A DNA stretch of 48,936 bases from an uncultured Ruminococcus sp. (GTDB lineage: Bacteria > Bacillota > Clostridia > Oscillospirales > Acutalibacteraceae). The stretch covers positions 1 through 48,936 of the forward strand of contig CAYQXN010000001.1 of assembly GCA_964421585.1 (NCBI GenBank), read 5' to 3'. How positions within the stretch are numbered: the first letter of the stretch is position 1; the number at the start of each line of letters is the position of its first letter. The notes below the pieces were generated by a model. That model saw only the letters and a list, made by a program, of their open reading frames with translations. It was not told the origin of the DNA and made no database searches. Positions 37,851 through 47,443 of the stretch are shown here, piece after piece. The translations under genes were made by a program, and so were the position numbers.

Positions 37851-39317
37851 ATGTTTAAAGGCATTACCAAAAGATGGATGCTTAATACACTCAGTGTTAT
37901 ACTGACAATCATCATTCTTATTGTTGTCAGCCTTATTTTTATTGTTACATATCTTTTTCAGAGCAGCATTGAACAAAGTCTTACTGCTACCAGCAGCGAG
38001 CTATCTCTGGTGTTTTCCGGATATACCAGCGACAGCTCATCTGCCTTCAGCTCATCTGCACGTGATTACGTTGAAAACTTTGACGCTAAGGAACAGATGG
38101 AGGTTATGGTCATCAATTCCTCAGGCAGAATAATCATGACCTCAACCGGCTTTGTACCCTCTGAAAAAACCGAAATTTCCGACTTTGAGGAAGCACAATC
38201 GAACGGAGACGGCATTGCCTTCTGGAACGGCAAGCTGGAGTCGGGCGAAAGTGCAATGAGCCAGACCCGCATCATTACAAATCCGGACGGAATTGTTGTG
38301 GGCGGCATACGCTATATTGTATCAATGGAGCCCGTCAATAACAGAATCGTTATTATTTCTGCGCTGATTATTGCGCTTGGCATCATAATCATTGCCCTTG
38401 TAATTATTTCGGGAATTATGTTCATACGCTCAATTGTAAAACCTATCAGCAACCTGTCGGTTACTGCCGACAGGATTGCACATGGAGATTTTTCGGCTTC
38501 TGAAAAAATTGAGCATAAATATGACGACGAAATTGGCGACCTGTGCGACGCTATAAGCGATATGGCAAAGGATTTGCAGACCGCGGAGCAAATGAAAAAC
38601 GACTTTATTTCCAGGGTTTCCCACGAACTAAGAACTCCGCTCACAGCAATTAAGGGCTGGGCGGAAACAATGCAACTATCCGAAAAAGGAAAGCTTGACA
38701 GACGGACCTTTGACCGCGGTATGGGGGTAATCATCAAGGAAAGCTCACGCCTCACAAGCATTGTTGAAGAACTTTTGGATTTCAGCCGAATCCAAAGCGG
38801 AAGAATGACCCTTATAAACGAAAAGCTTGATATTCTTGCTGAGTTTGATGAAACCGTATATATGCTCAAGGAACGTGCAGTCACGGAAGGTAAACATCTG
38901 CTTTATGATGAACCCGAGACTGTATTCCCTGCGGTTTTCGGCGACAGAAACAGACTCAAGCAGGTATTTCTTAATATTCTTGACAATGCACTCAAATATA
39001 CGCCAAAGGGCGGTGTGGTTGCAGCTCAGGTCATCTATTCAAAGGACGAGCCTGATATAATCAAAATTGTAATCACAGACTCAGGCTGCGGTATTCCTGC
39101 CGACGATCTGCCCAAGGTTAAAGAAAAATTTTACAAAGCAAATCAGACTGTGGGCGGTTCAGGCATAGGGCTTGCAGTTGCTGATGAAATAATGAATTTG
39201 CACAACGGCTCGCTGGATATTGAAAGCGGCGAGGGAGTTGGCACAACGGTTACTCTCACCTTCCCCATTTATAAGGAAGGCGAGGAAAATACTATGCCGG
39301 AGCGTATAAAGCTGTAA
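37851..39317 (+). CDS. HAMP-domain sensor histidine kinase
   Basis: Two TM helices, HAMP (DDEIGDL), SHELRTPLT, NILDNALKY, DSGCGI, GSGIGL. Confidence 0.97.
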   Translation: MFKGITKRWMLNTLSVILTIIILIVVSLIFIVTYLFQSSIEQSLTATSSELSLVFSGYTSDSSSAFSSSARDYVENFDAKEQMEVMVINSSGRIIMTSTGFVPSEKTEISDFEEAQSNGDGIAFWNGKLESGESAMSQTRIITNPDGIVVGGIRYIVSMEPVNNRIVIISALIIALGIIIIALVIISGIMFIRSIVKPISNLSVTADRIAHGDFSASEKIEHKYDDEIGDLCDAISDMAKDLQTAEQMKNDFISRVSHELRTPLTAIKGWAETMQLSEKGKLDRRTFDRGMGVIIKESSRLTSIVEELLDFSRIQSGRMTLINEKLDILAEFDETVYMLKERAVTEGKHLLYDEPETVFPAVFGDRNRLKQVFLNILDNALKYTPKGGVVAAQVIYSKDEPDIIKIVITDSGCGIPADDLPKVKEKFYKANQTVGGSGIGLAVADEIMNLHNGSLDIESGEGVGTTVTLTFPIYKEGEENTMPERIKL

Positions 39318-39508
39318 GTTTTTAGTAAGCAATGATTAAATTGATTAGCACATTGCACATATAAATTTTTGTCATAATAAGTCCTAACTTTTTTCACATA
39401 TAAAAATGCAAAGTTTAGGGCAATAAGACAATAAATATACAAACAAGATGTTATTCAAATATAAAACGTCCTGTTATCATTGGTTACCTAAACAGAAAGG
39501 ATTGTTTA

Positions 39509-40498
39509 ATGGCTAAAAATACTACTAAAAAAATCACCTCAATAGGCGGCAGCGCCCTGATTGAAGGCATTATGATGAGAGGCCCCAAACGCACAACTGT
39601 TTGCGTACGGACAGGGGAAAATGAAATCTACAGTGAGGATATTGAGGTAAAAACACTCAGCTCACGGTTTAAAATATTCAAACTTCCTTTTATCAGAGGT
39701 ATTGCAGGTCTTATTGACTCAATGCGCCTTTCCTACAAATCTCTTATGCTGTCCGCAGACAAGGCAATTGAGGCAGGCGAGATTGAAGAGGAAGAACCCT
39801 CAAAATTCGAAAAATGGTTGGATGAAAAATTCGGCGACAAACTTGTAAAGGTTCTTATGGTATTTGCCTCAATCATCGGAGTTGCATTTGCGGTTGGACT
39901 ATTCTTCTTTGTTCCGTCCTTCCTTTTTGACCTGAGCTCCAACGTTGTTCCGGCATTCAGGGGCGAAGGTGAGCTTACAGTATTATGGAAATCAATTTTT
40001 GAAGGCGTACTCAAAATCGTTCTGTTTCTGCTTTATATTGTTATCTGCTCACAAATGACCGAAATGAAGCGTGTATTTATGTACCACGGCGCAGAGCACA
40101 AAACAATCTTCTGTTATGAAAATGACGAAGAGCTTACCGTTGCTAACGTAAAAAAGCAATCACGCTTTCACCCTCGCTGCGGCACAAGCTTTATGGTGCT
40201 TATGCTTATCGTTGGTATTGTTATCGGACTTTTTGTTCCTGTCGCTCCGTTCGGCATCGGATTTCTGCGCCCTGTTTTCAAAATTCTTCTCCTCCCTGTA
40301 TCATGCGCAGTAGGCTATGAGCTTATCAAAATCTGCGGTAAGCACGACAATCCTTTTACCCGCATTATTGCGGCACCCGGACTGTGGGCGCAAAGAATCA
40401 CAACAAAAAATCCTGACGATAAGATGATTGAGGTTGCAATTGAAGCAATTAAGGCTGTTATTCCGGATGACGGCTCAGACATCGTTGGCGGCAAATGA
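39509..40498 (+). CDS. DUF1385 (YqhQ-like) membrane protein
   Basis: IGGSALIEGIMMRGP, VFMYHGAEHKTI, SRFHPRCGTSF, QRITTKNP. Confidence 0.93.
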   Translation: MAKNTTKKITSIGGSALIEGIMMRGPKRTTVCVRTGENEIYSEDIEVKTLSSRFKIFKLPFIRGIAGLIDSMRLSYKSLMLSADKAIEAGEIEEEEPSKFEKWLDEKFGDKLVKVLMVFASIIGVAFAVGLFFFVPSFLFDLSSNVVPAFRGEGELTVLWKSIFEGVLKIVLFLLYIVICSQMTEMKRVFMYHGAEHKTIFCYENDEELTVANVKKQSRFHPRCGTSFMVLMLIVGIVIGLFVPVAPFGIGFLRPVFKILLLPVSCAVGYELIKICGKHDNPFTRIIAAPGLWAQRITTKNPDDKMIEVAIEAIKAVIPDDGSDIVGGK

Positions 40499-41343
40499 TG
40501 AATGCTGAACAGGCTTTCAGGGAATGTAAAAGCAGACTTGCAAAATCAACTATTGACGACCCTGCTTTTGAGGCGCGCTGCCTTATTGAAAAGGTGCTCG
40601 GACTTGACAGAAGCGGACTTATCTGTCACGGAAGAGACTGCGTTAGTGAAGATAAAATCAAAGAGCTTTTCGCGCTTACAGAACGAAGAATTTGCCGCGA
40701 ACCGCTGCAATATATTCTGGGCAGCTGGAGCTTTTGCGGCTTTGAGCTTTTTGTTGGTGAAGGCGTTCTCATTCCCCGTGACGACACCGAGGTTGTACTG
40801 AATCTGTGTCTTGATTTTGCGGGAAGCAGACAAAACATAAAAGTTATCGATTTGTGCGCAGGAAGCGGTGCAATTTCAGTTGCACTTTCTGTCCTTGCAA
40901 ATGCCTGCGTTACGGCAATTGAGCTTAGCGACAAAGCATTCCCCTACCTTATAAGAAACATTGAACACAACAAATCCGAAATAAAGGCATTTAAAGGCAA
41001 TATTTTTGAATGTTATACCGAATTTGCTTGTGATAAATACGACTTAATTGTTTCAAATCCGCCATACATAAAATCTGATGAACTTCCTACGCTTCAAGCT
41101 GAGGTGCAAAAGGAGCCTACAATGGCGCTTGACGGCGGTTCAGACGGCTGCGACTTCTACAGAGGGATTATAAAACTTTGGAGCTGCAAGCTAAAAAACG
41201 GCGGTGCTCTTGCATTTGAGCTTGGAGAAGGTCAGGCTGACTATGTTGAAAAGCTGATGAAACAAAACGGATTTACGGAAATTAAAACTTCAGCCGATTT
41301 GGGCGGCATAAAAAGAGCTATAATCGGTATTTACCGTCCATAG
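40495..41343 (+). CDS. prmC: Release factor glutamine methyltransferase
   Basis: EPLQYILG, VLIPRDDTE, DLCAGSGAI, VSNPPY, ALDGGSDG. Confidence 0.96.
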   Translation: MMNAEQAFRECKSRLAKSTIDDPAFEARCLIEKVLGLDRSGLICHGRDCVSEDKIKELFALTERRICREPLQYILGSWSFCGFELFVGEGVLIPRDDTEVVLNLCLDFAGSRQNIKVIDLCAGSGAISVALSVLANACVTAIELSDKAFPYLIRNIEHNKSEIKAFKGNIFECYTEFACDKYDLIVSNPPYIKSDELPTLQAEVQKEPTMALDGGSDGCDFYRGIIKLWSCKLKNGGALAFELGEGQADYVEKLMKQNGFTEIKTSADLGGIKRAIIGIYRP

Positions 41344-41385
41344 CAAACAATTGAAGAGAAATTTATCGTACTTCAGTCCATAATA

Positions 41386-41436
41386 GAAAATTTGTTCGAT
41401 TTTTCTATTGCAATTTTTCAGCTTATATTCTATAAT
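41386..41436 (+). promoter_or_regulatory. recA promoter with candidate LexA (Cheo) box
   Basis: GAAA-ATTT-GTTC (41386-41397) has one mismatch to GAAC-N4-GTTC and sits just upstream of TTGCAA-17 bp-TATAAT (41408-41436). Confidence 0.75.
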
Positions 41437-41544
41437 TATGATAATAACTTAGGGCAAGCGGCTTTCTGCCGCTTACGCTGCACTATAAACAGCAAGCCTT
41501 GTTAATAATATTCGGATTTTCCGAAAATTACGGAGGTATATATA

Positions 41545-42666
41545 ATGGCAGTTGACAAGAATAAGGCGCTTGAAACCGCACTTACACAAATTGAAAAGCA
41601 ATTCGGAAAAGGTGCAGTTATGCGTCTTGGCGAGAATAAGCATATGAGCATTGACCATATTTCAACAGGCTCGCTTTCACTTGACATAGCTCTGGGTATA
41701 GGCGGACTTCCCCGAGGCAGAATTGTTGAGATTTACGGACCCGAATCATCTGGTAAGACAACACTTTCTTTGCACTGTATTGCAGAAGGTCAAAAAAACG
41801 GCGGCAACGTTGCCTTTATTGACGTCGAGCACGCACTTGACCCTACATATGCAGCAGCGCTCGGTGTAGATGTTGATTCTCTGCTTGTATCTCAGCCTGA
41901 CACAGGTGAGGACGCTCTTGAAATTGCCGAGGCGCTTATCCGAAGCGGCGCAATCGACGTAATTGTAATCGACTCTGTCGCGGCTCTCGTTCCAAAGGCT
42001 GAAATTGAGGGCGAAATGGGTGACAGCCACGTTGGTCTGCATGCAAGACTTATGTCTCAGGCTCTCAGAAAACTTGCAGGTGCCATAAACAAATCAAACT
42101 GCGTGGCTATTTTTATCAACCAGCTTCGTGAAAAAGTTGGCGTAATCTATGGAAACCCGGAGGTTACCACAGGCGGTCGTGCTCTCAAATTCTACAGCTC
42201 CGTCCGCATTGATATAAGAAGAATTGAAACAATTAAAGTAAACGGAGAAATGATTGGTTCTCGTACAAGGGCAAAGGTTGTCAAGAACAAGATTGCACCG
42301 CCATTCAGAGAAGCTGAATTTGACATTATGTACGGTGAAGGCATATCAAGAGTCGGCGAGCTGCTTGACATTGCAGTAAAGCTGGAAATCGTTCAGAAAT
42401 CGGGTGCATGGTTCAGCTACAACGGCAACAGACTCGGACAGGGACGTGACAAGGTAAAGGAGCTTTTCAGAACTGACGAGGCTCTTGTAAAAGAAATTGA
42501 AGAGCAGGTATGGGCTAATGTTGACAAGCTTTACGAACGCAAGCCTGCCGCGCCAAAGGCAAGGATTACCGAAATTCCTGCGGCAGCCCCTTCGGCAGCA
42601 GAAGCTCCTCAAAAAAAAGCTCCTGCAAAGAGCAGCGCAAAAATTGACGTTCTTGTTGACGACTGA
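41545..42666 (+). CDS. recA: Recombinase RecA
   Basis: [37 protein letters not shown]. Confidence 0.99.
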   Translation: MAVDKNKALETALTQIEKQFGKGAVMRLGENKHMSIDHISTGSLSLDIALGIGGLPRGRIVEIYGPESSGKTTLSLHCIAEGQKNGGNVAFIDVEHALDPTYAAALGVDVDSLLVSQPDTGEDALEIAEALIRSGAIDVIVIDSVAALVPKAEIEGEMGDSHVGLHARLMSQALRKLAGAINKSNCVAIFINQLREKVGVIYGNPEVTTGGRALKFYSSVRIDIRRIETIKVNGEMIGSRTRAKVVKNKIAPPFREAEFDIMYGEGISRVGELLDIAVKLEIVQKSGAWFSYNGNRLGQGRDKVKELFRTDEALVKEIEEQVWANVDKLYERKPAAPKARITEIPAAAPSAAEAPQKKAPAKSSAKIDVLVDD

Positions 42667-43286
42667 TGCTTATAACTGCAATTGAACCGCGCCGCAAGGG
42701 AATGAGTGCATTATACCTTGACGGAGAATATGTTATTAAGCTCGACACACAAACCTTGGTTGAAAATCGGTTTGATGTCGGGCGTGAAATTGACGATGAA
42801 GATTTGCACGAACTAATCAGACTGAGTAACGAACGCAGAGCAAAGGAGAAGGCTCTGTGGATAATATCATATCGTGACCACTCAAAAAAAGAGCTTACAG
42901 ACAAAATCAGGCGCACCTGTGATGAGGCTTCCGCCGAAAAAGCCGTTGAAAGACTGGAAGAGCTTGGTCTTGTAAATGACGAAGTCTTTGCACGCAGATA
43001 TGCCGAGCAGTTAATTTTCGGAAAGCATATGTCCAAAAAGGCTGCGTCATACGAGCTTGCACGAAAAGGCATTGACCGTATGCTTGCAGATGAAATTCTG
43101 GAAGCAATTGAGGTTGACGAAGCGGAGCAAATCAAAGCAGTGCTCGAAAAAAAGTATAAGGCAATAACTGATGAAAAAACAAGACGCAGAGCCATATCTG
43201 CACTCCAAAGGCTTGGATACGGCTGGGACGGCATCAGGCATGCCATAGACGAATATTCAGAATATACAGAGGAAGACTGCATATGA
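42666..43286 (+). CDS. recX: Regulatory protein RecX
   Basis: ISYRDHSKKEL, LEELGLVNDEVFA, ELARKGI, LQRLGY; TGATG coupling to recA. Confidence 0.93.
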   Translation: MLITAIEPRRKGMSALYLDGEYVIKLDTQTLVENRFDVGREIDDEDLHELIRLSNERRAKEKALWIISYRDHSKKELTDKIRRTCDEASAEKAVERLEELGLVNDEVFARRYAEQLIFGKHMSKKAASYELARKGIDRMLADEILEAIEVDEAEQIKAVLEKKYKAITDEKTRRRAISALQRLGYGWDGIRHAIDEYSEYTEEDCI

Positions 43287-44611
43287 ATTATAAGGTTGGT
43301 ATTGTATCACTTGGCTGTGCCAAAAATCAGGTTGACGCCGAAATGCTGCTGTTTACACTCAAAAAACGCGGCCTTGCAATTGTAAACGACCCTGCCGAGG
43401 CTGACGCCGTGATTGTAAACACCTGCGGATTTATTGAGTCGGCAAAGCAGGAAAGCATTGATGAAATTATAGAGCTGGGCAAGCTCAAGCAGGAGGGCAC
43501 AATTAAGGCTATTATCGTTACGGGATGTCTTGCCGAACGCTATAAAAACGAAATTACACGTCAGCTTTATGAGGTCGACGCAGCAATCGGCATAGGTGCA
43601 AACGAACAGATTGCCGATGTGGTGACTGAGGTGCTCAGAGGAAAAAAGCTGGAATTATTTCCCGACAAGGTGTGTCTGCCTCTTGAAGGCGGAAGAATTC
43701 AGTCAACGCCGCACTATACTGCATACATAAAAATTGCTGAGGGCTGTGACAATAGATGCACCTATTGTGCTATTCCTCAAATAAGAGGCAGATACAGAAG
43801 CCGTAAGCCCGAAGATATAGTAAAAGAAGCCGAGGTACTTGCCTCAAACGGAGTTAAGGAGCTCAATGTAATTGCTCAAGATACTACACGCTACGGTGAG
43901 GATTTGTTCGGCGAACCGTACCTTGCAAAGCTTCTGAAAATGCTCTGCAAAATTGACGGCTTAAAATGGATAAGAGTGCTATACTGCTATCCCGACAGAC
44001 TCACGGATGAGCTTATTGACACAATTGCAATTGAAGAAAAGATTGTCAAATATATAGACCTTCCGCTTCAGCACTGCAACGGTAAAGTGCTCAAACGTAT
44101 GAACCGCCACGGCAACCGAGAGGTTCTGACCGCTTTAATCAATAAAATCAGGTCAAAAATTCCAAATGTAATAATTCGTTCCGCCTTTATTACGGGCTTT
44201 CCGGGTGAAACAGAGGAGCAGTTTGAAGAGCTTGCACAGTTTGCAGCCGATATGAAGTTTGAGAGACTCGGCTGCTTTGCATACTCCCAAGAGGAAAATA
44301 CCCCTGCTGCAAAAATGCCTGAACAGCTTGACGAAGAAACAAAACAAAAGCGTGCTGACATAATTATGGAACACCAGCAGGTTGTTATGGCCGACTACTG
44401 TGAAAGCCTTATCGACACCGAAATAGAGGTTCTGGTTGAGGGCTTTGACAAACTTGCCGAATGTTATTTTGGCAGATGCTATGCAGACTCCCCTGAGGTT
44501 GACGGTTGTGTATTCTTTACCTGCAACGGTAAAAAACCTGCAATCGGCGATTTTGTAAGGGTAAGAATAACAGACTACACAGGCTGTGACCCCGTGGGTG
44601 AAATTGATTAA
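43283..44611 (+). CDS. rimO: Ribosomal protein S12 methylthiotransferase
   Basis: SLGCAKNQVD, NTCGFIESAKQES, radical-SAM motif CDNRCTYC, TRAM region DSPEVDG. Confidence 0.96.
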   Translation: MNYKVGIVSLGCAKNQVDAEMLLFTLKKRGLAIVNDPAEADAVIVNTCGFIESAKQESIDEIIELGKLKQEGTIKAIIVTGCLAERYKNEITRQLYEVDAAIGIGANEQIADVVTEVLRGKKLELFPDKVCLPLEGGRIQSTPHYTAYIKIAEGCDNRCTYCAIPQIRGRYRSRKPEDIVKEAEVLASNGVKELNVIAQDTTRYGEDLFGEPYLAKLLKMLCKIDGLKWIRVLYCYPDRLTDELIDTIAIEEKIVKYIDLPLQHCNGKVLKRMNRHGNREVLTALINKIRSKIPNVIIRSAFITGFPGETEEQFEELAQFAADMKFERLGCFAYSQEENTPAAKMPEQLDEETKQKRADIIMEHQQVVMADYCESLIDTEIEVLVEGFDKLAECYFGRCYADSPEVDGCVFFTCNGKKPAIGDFVRVRITDYTGCDPVGEID

Positions 44612-44669
44612 ACAGCATTGGCTTACTGTCAAAATAACAGGCTGAATAATAAATTTGGAAGGCAACAAA

Positions 44670-45260
44670 ATGAATTTACCTAATAAACTGACAATAGGAC
44701 GGATTGTCCTTGTACCGTTTTTTCTGGCTGCCGTGCTGATTGAATTTCCGTTTCATCATGCTGCGGCACTAATATTATTTATAGTCGCTTCAATTACAGA
44801 TTTGTTTGACGGCAAAATCGCACGCCAAAAAAATCTTGTGACGGATTTCGGAAAATTTGCCGATCCTCTTGCCGACAAAATTCTTGTGCTTGCCGCCCTG
44901 CTTTGCTTTGTGCAAAACGGACTTTGCGACTGCATTGCCGTAATAATAGTGCTGTTCAGAGAATTTGCCGTCACTTCAATCAGACTGATGGCTGCTTCAA
45001 ACGGCAAGGTTGTTGCCGCCAACATATGGGGCAAAGTTAAAACGGTTACACAGATGATTGCAATAATCACAATATTGGTGATGCAGTCTGTGCTTGATCT
45101 TAACAATATAATACCGATTTTTTCAGCCGATATTATATCCGTACTCTCAATGGTTTTCACGGTTTTCGGCGAAATTTTAATATGGATTTCCACCATATTT
45201 GCAATCATCTCAGGAATAATTTATATTTTACAGAACAAACACTTTATATCGGATATGTAA
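44670..45260 (+). CDS. pgsA: CDP-diacylglycerol--glycerol-3-phosphate 3-phosphatidyltransferase
   Basis: MNLPNKLT, TDLFDGKIAR, FGKFADPLADK, GKVKT. Confidence 0.96.
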   Translation: MNLPNKLTIGRIVLVPFFLAAVLIEFPFHHAAALILFIVASITDLFDGKIARQKNLVTDFGKFADPLADKILVLAALLCFVQNGLCDCIAVIIVLFREFAVTSIRLMAASNGKVVAANIWGKVKTVTQMIAIITILVMQSVLDLNNIIPIFSADIISVLSMVFTVFGEILIWISTIFAIISGIIYILQNKHFISDM

Positions 45261-45302
45261 GGTAATTTACCGATACAATCTGATAATTCTGGATGTGATG
45301 CT

Positions 45303-45950
45303 TTGTTTAAAACTTTAAAATCAGATATAAACGCCGTGCTTGAGCGTGACCCTGCCGCAAGGAACAAAGCAGAGGTTTTTTTTCTCTATTCAGGATTCAA
45401 GGCAGTGAGGTCGCATCGAAAAGCCAACTGGTTTTTCAGGCACAATCTAAAATTTATAGCCCGATGGATTTCTCAGCGCAGCCGCCACAAAACAGGCATA
45501 GAAATTCATCCGGGGGCAACCATAGGAAAAGGGCTCTTTATTGACCATGGTATGGGTGTTGTTATAGGCGAAACAACAATAATCGGCGACAACTGTACCA
45601 TATATCAAAACGTCACACTGGGGGGCACCGGCAAGGAAATAGGCAAACGCCACCCAACACTCGGCAATAACGTGCTGGTCGGTTCGGGTGCAAAGGTGCT
45701 CGGTCCGTTTAAGGTCGGCGATAATGCCCGAGTGGCAGCAGGCGCTGTGGTGCTGAGCGAAATTCCGCCTAATTCTACCGCCGTAGGCGTTCCGGCAAGA
45801 GTTGTTAAGATTAACGGAATAAGAAGCGAAACGCTTGACCAGATTCATGTTTCTGACCCTGTTGCACTTGCACTCTGCACACTTGAACACAAAATAAATG
45901 TACTTCAGAATGAGCTTGATATGCTCAGACAAGATAAAAGCAAGGAGTAA
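45303..45950 (+). CDS. cysE: Serine O-acetyltransferase
   Basis: ERDPAA, TGIEIHPGATIG, FIDHGMGVVIGET, KRHPTLG; TTG start. Confidence 0.96.
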   Translation: MFKTLKSDINAVLERDPAARNKAEVFFLYSGFKAVRSHRKANWFFRHNLKFIARWISQRSRHKTGIEIHPGATIGKGLFIDHGMGVVIGETTIIGDNCTIYQNVTLGGTGKEIGKRHPTLGNNVLVGSGAKVLGPFKVGDNARVAAGAVVLSEIPPNSTAVGVPARVVKINGIRSETLDQIHVSDPVALALCTLEHKINVLQNELDMLRQDKSKE

Positions 45951-45955
45951 TTTAA

Positions 45956-47365
45956 ATGATTTTATATAACTCTCTCGGACAGACAAAACAGGAATTTGTT
46001 CCCTACAATGATAAAAAGGTTAATATGTACACCTGCGGTCCGACAGTTTACCACTATGCTCACATCGGTAATCTGAGAACATATATTATGGAGGATATTC
46101 TCGAAAAATATCTCAGATTCTCAGGCTATGACGTAAACCGTGTAATGAACATCACAGATGTAGGTCACCTTACAAGCGATGCCGACACCGGCGAGGACAA
46201 AATGCTAAAAGGTGCAAAGCGTGAGCACAAAACCGTGCTTGAGATTGCAAAATTCTATACAGACGCTTTCTTTTCGGACTGTGCAAAGCTCAACATCAAA
46301 ACCCCCGATGTTGTAGAGCCTGCCACAAACTGCATTGATGAGTTTATTAATATGATTTCTGTGCTGCTTGAGAAGGGTTATGCATATATTGCCGGAGGCA
46401 ATGTATATTTTGACACCTCAAAGCTTGAAAACTACTATGTGTTCGGCAATATGAACGAAGATGACCTTGCAATCGGAGTACGCGACAGTGTTGAAGAGGA
46501 CGAAAACAAGCATAATAAGGCTGACTTTGTGCTTTGGTTTACAAAATCAAAATTTGAAGATCAGGAGCTTAAGTGGGAAAGTCCCTGGGGCATAGGTTAT
46601 CCGGGCTGGCATATTGAATGCTCCAGCATCAGCTGCAAGCACAACGGAGAATACCTTGATATTCACTGCGGCGGCATAGACAATGCTTTTCCGCACCACA
46701 CAAATGAAATCGCACAAAGCGAAGCATTTCTGGGGCACAAATGGTGCAAATACTGGTTCCACGTTCTGCATCTCAATGACGCAAGAGGCAAAATGAGCAA
46801 ATCAAGCGGAGACTTTCTTACTGTATCTTTACTTGAAGAAAAAGGCTACAATCCGCTTGTTTACAGAATGTTCTGCCTGCAAAGCCACTATCGCAAGCCC
46901 CTTGCCTTCTCTTTTGAAAGTCTTGACAATACGGCAAAGGCTTATGACAAGCTCATCAAGAGAATTTCTGCCCTTGCAAAGGACGGCGCTCCTGATGAAG
47001 AAAAGGCTCAGCCGTTCATTGACAGCTTTAAAGAGGCTCTCGGCAACGATATTAACACCTCCCTTGGTCTCACCTGCGTTTATGACGTACTGAAGGCTGA
47101 CCTTGACGATGCTACAAAGCTGTATCTTATAGACGAATTCGACAAGGTTCTGTCACTTGACCTCACAAAGGCAAAGCCTGCTGAAAAAAACGCTTCGGTT
47201 GACAGTGATACAAACGCTGAGGTAGAAGCCCTCATTGCTCAGCGTACAAAGGCTCGTGATGAAAAGGACTGGGCAACGGCTGACGCTATCCGCGACAAGC
47301 TAAAGGAAATGCATGTAGTTATCAAGGACACCAAGTACGGAATTGAGTGGCATTTTGAAAAATAA
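45956..47365 (+). CDS. cysS: Cysteine--tRNA ligase
   Basis: YTCGPTVY, HIGN, PGWHIECS, FPHHTNE, KMSKS. Confidence 0.98.
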   Translation: MILYNSLGQTKQEFVPYNDKKVNMYTCGPTVYHYAHIGNLRTYIMEDILEKYLRFSGYDVNRVMNITDVGHLTSDADTGEDKMLKGAKREHKTVLEIAKFYTDAFFSDCAKLNIKTPDVVEPATNCIDEFINMISVLLEKGYAYIAGGNVYFDTSKLENYYVFGNMNEDDLAIGVRDSVEEDENKHNKADFVLWFTKSKFEDQELKWESPWGIGYPGWHIECSSISCKHNGEYLDIHCGGIDNAFPHHTNEIAQSEAFLGHKWCKYWFHVLHLNDARGKMSKSSGDFLTVSLLEEKGYNPLVYRMFCLQSHYRKPLAFSFESLDNTAKAYDKLIKRISALAKDGAPDEEKAQPFIDSFKEALGNDINTSLGLTCVYDVLKADLDDATKLYLIDEFDKVLSLDLTKAKPAEKNASVDSDTNAEVEALIAQRTKARDEKDWATADAIRDKLKEMHVVIKDTKYGIEWHFEK

Positions 47366-47403
47366 AATTTATATTTAAATATTTTAACTTACGATTGTAA
47401 TAT

Positions 47404-47443
47404 AAAAAAATCCCCTTCATATAAATCTTATGGAGGGGATTTT
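47404..47443. terminator. Hairpin after cysS that sequesters the RBS of the deacetylase gene
   Basis: AAAATCCCCTTCATA (47407-47421) pairs with TATGGAGGGGATTTT (47429-47443); the ATG follows at 47444. Confidence 0.75.
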
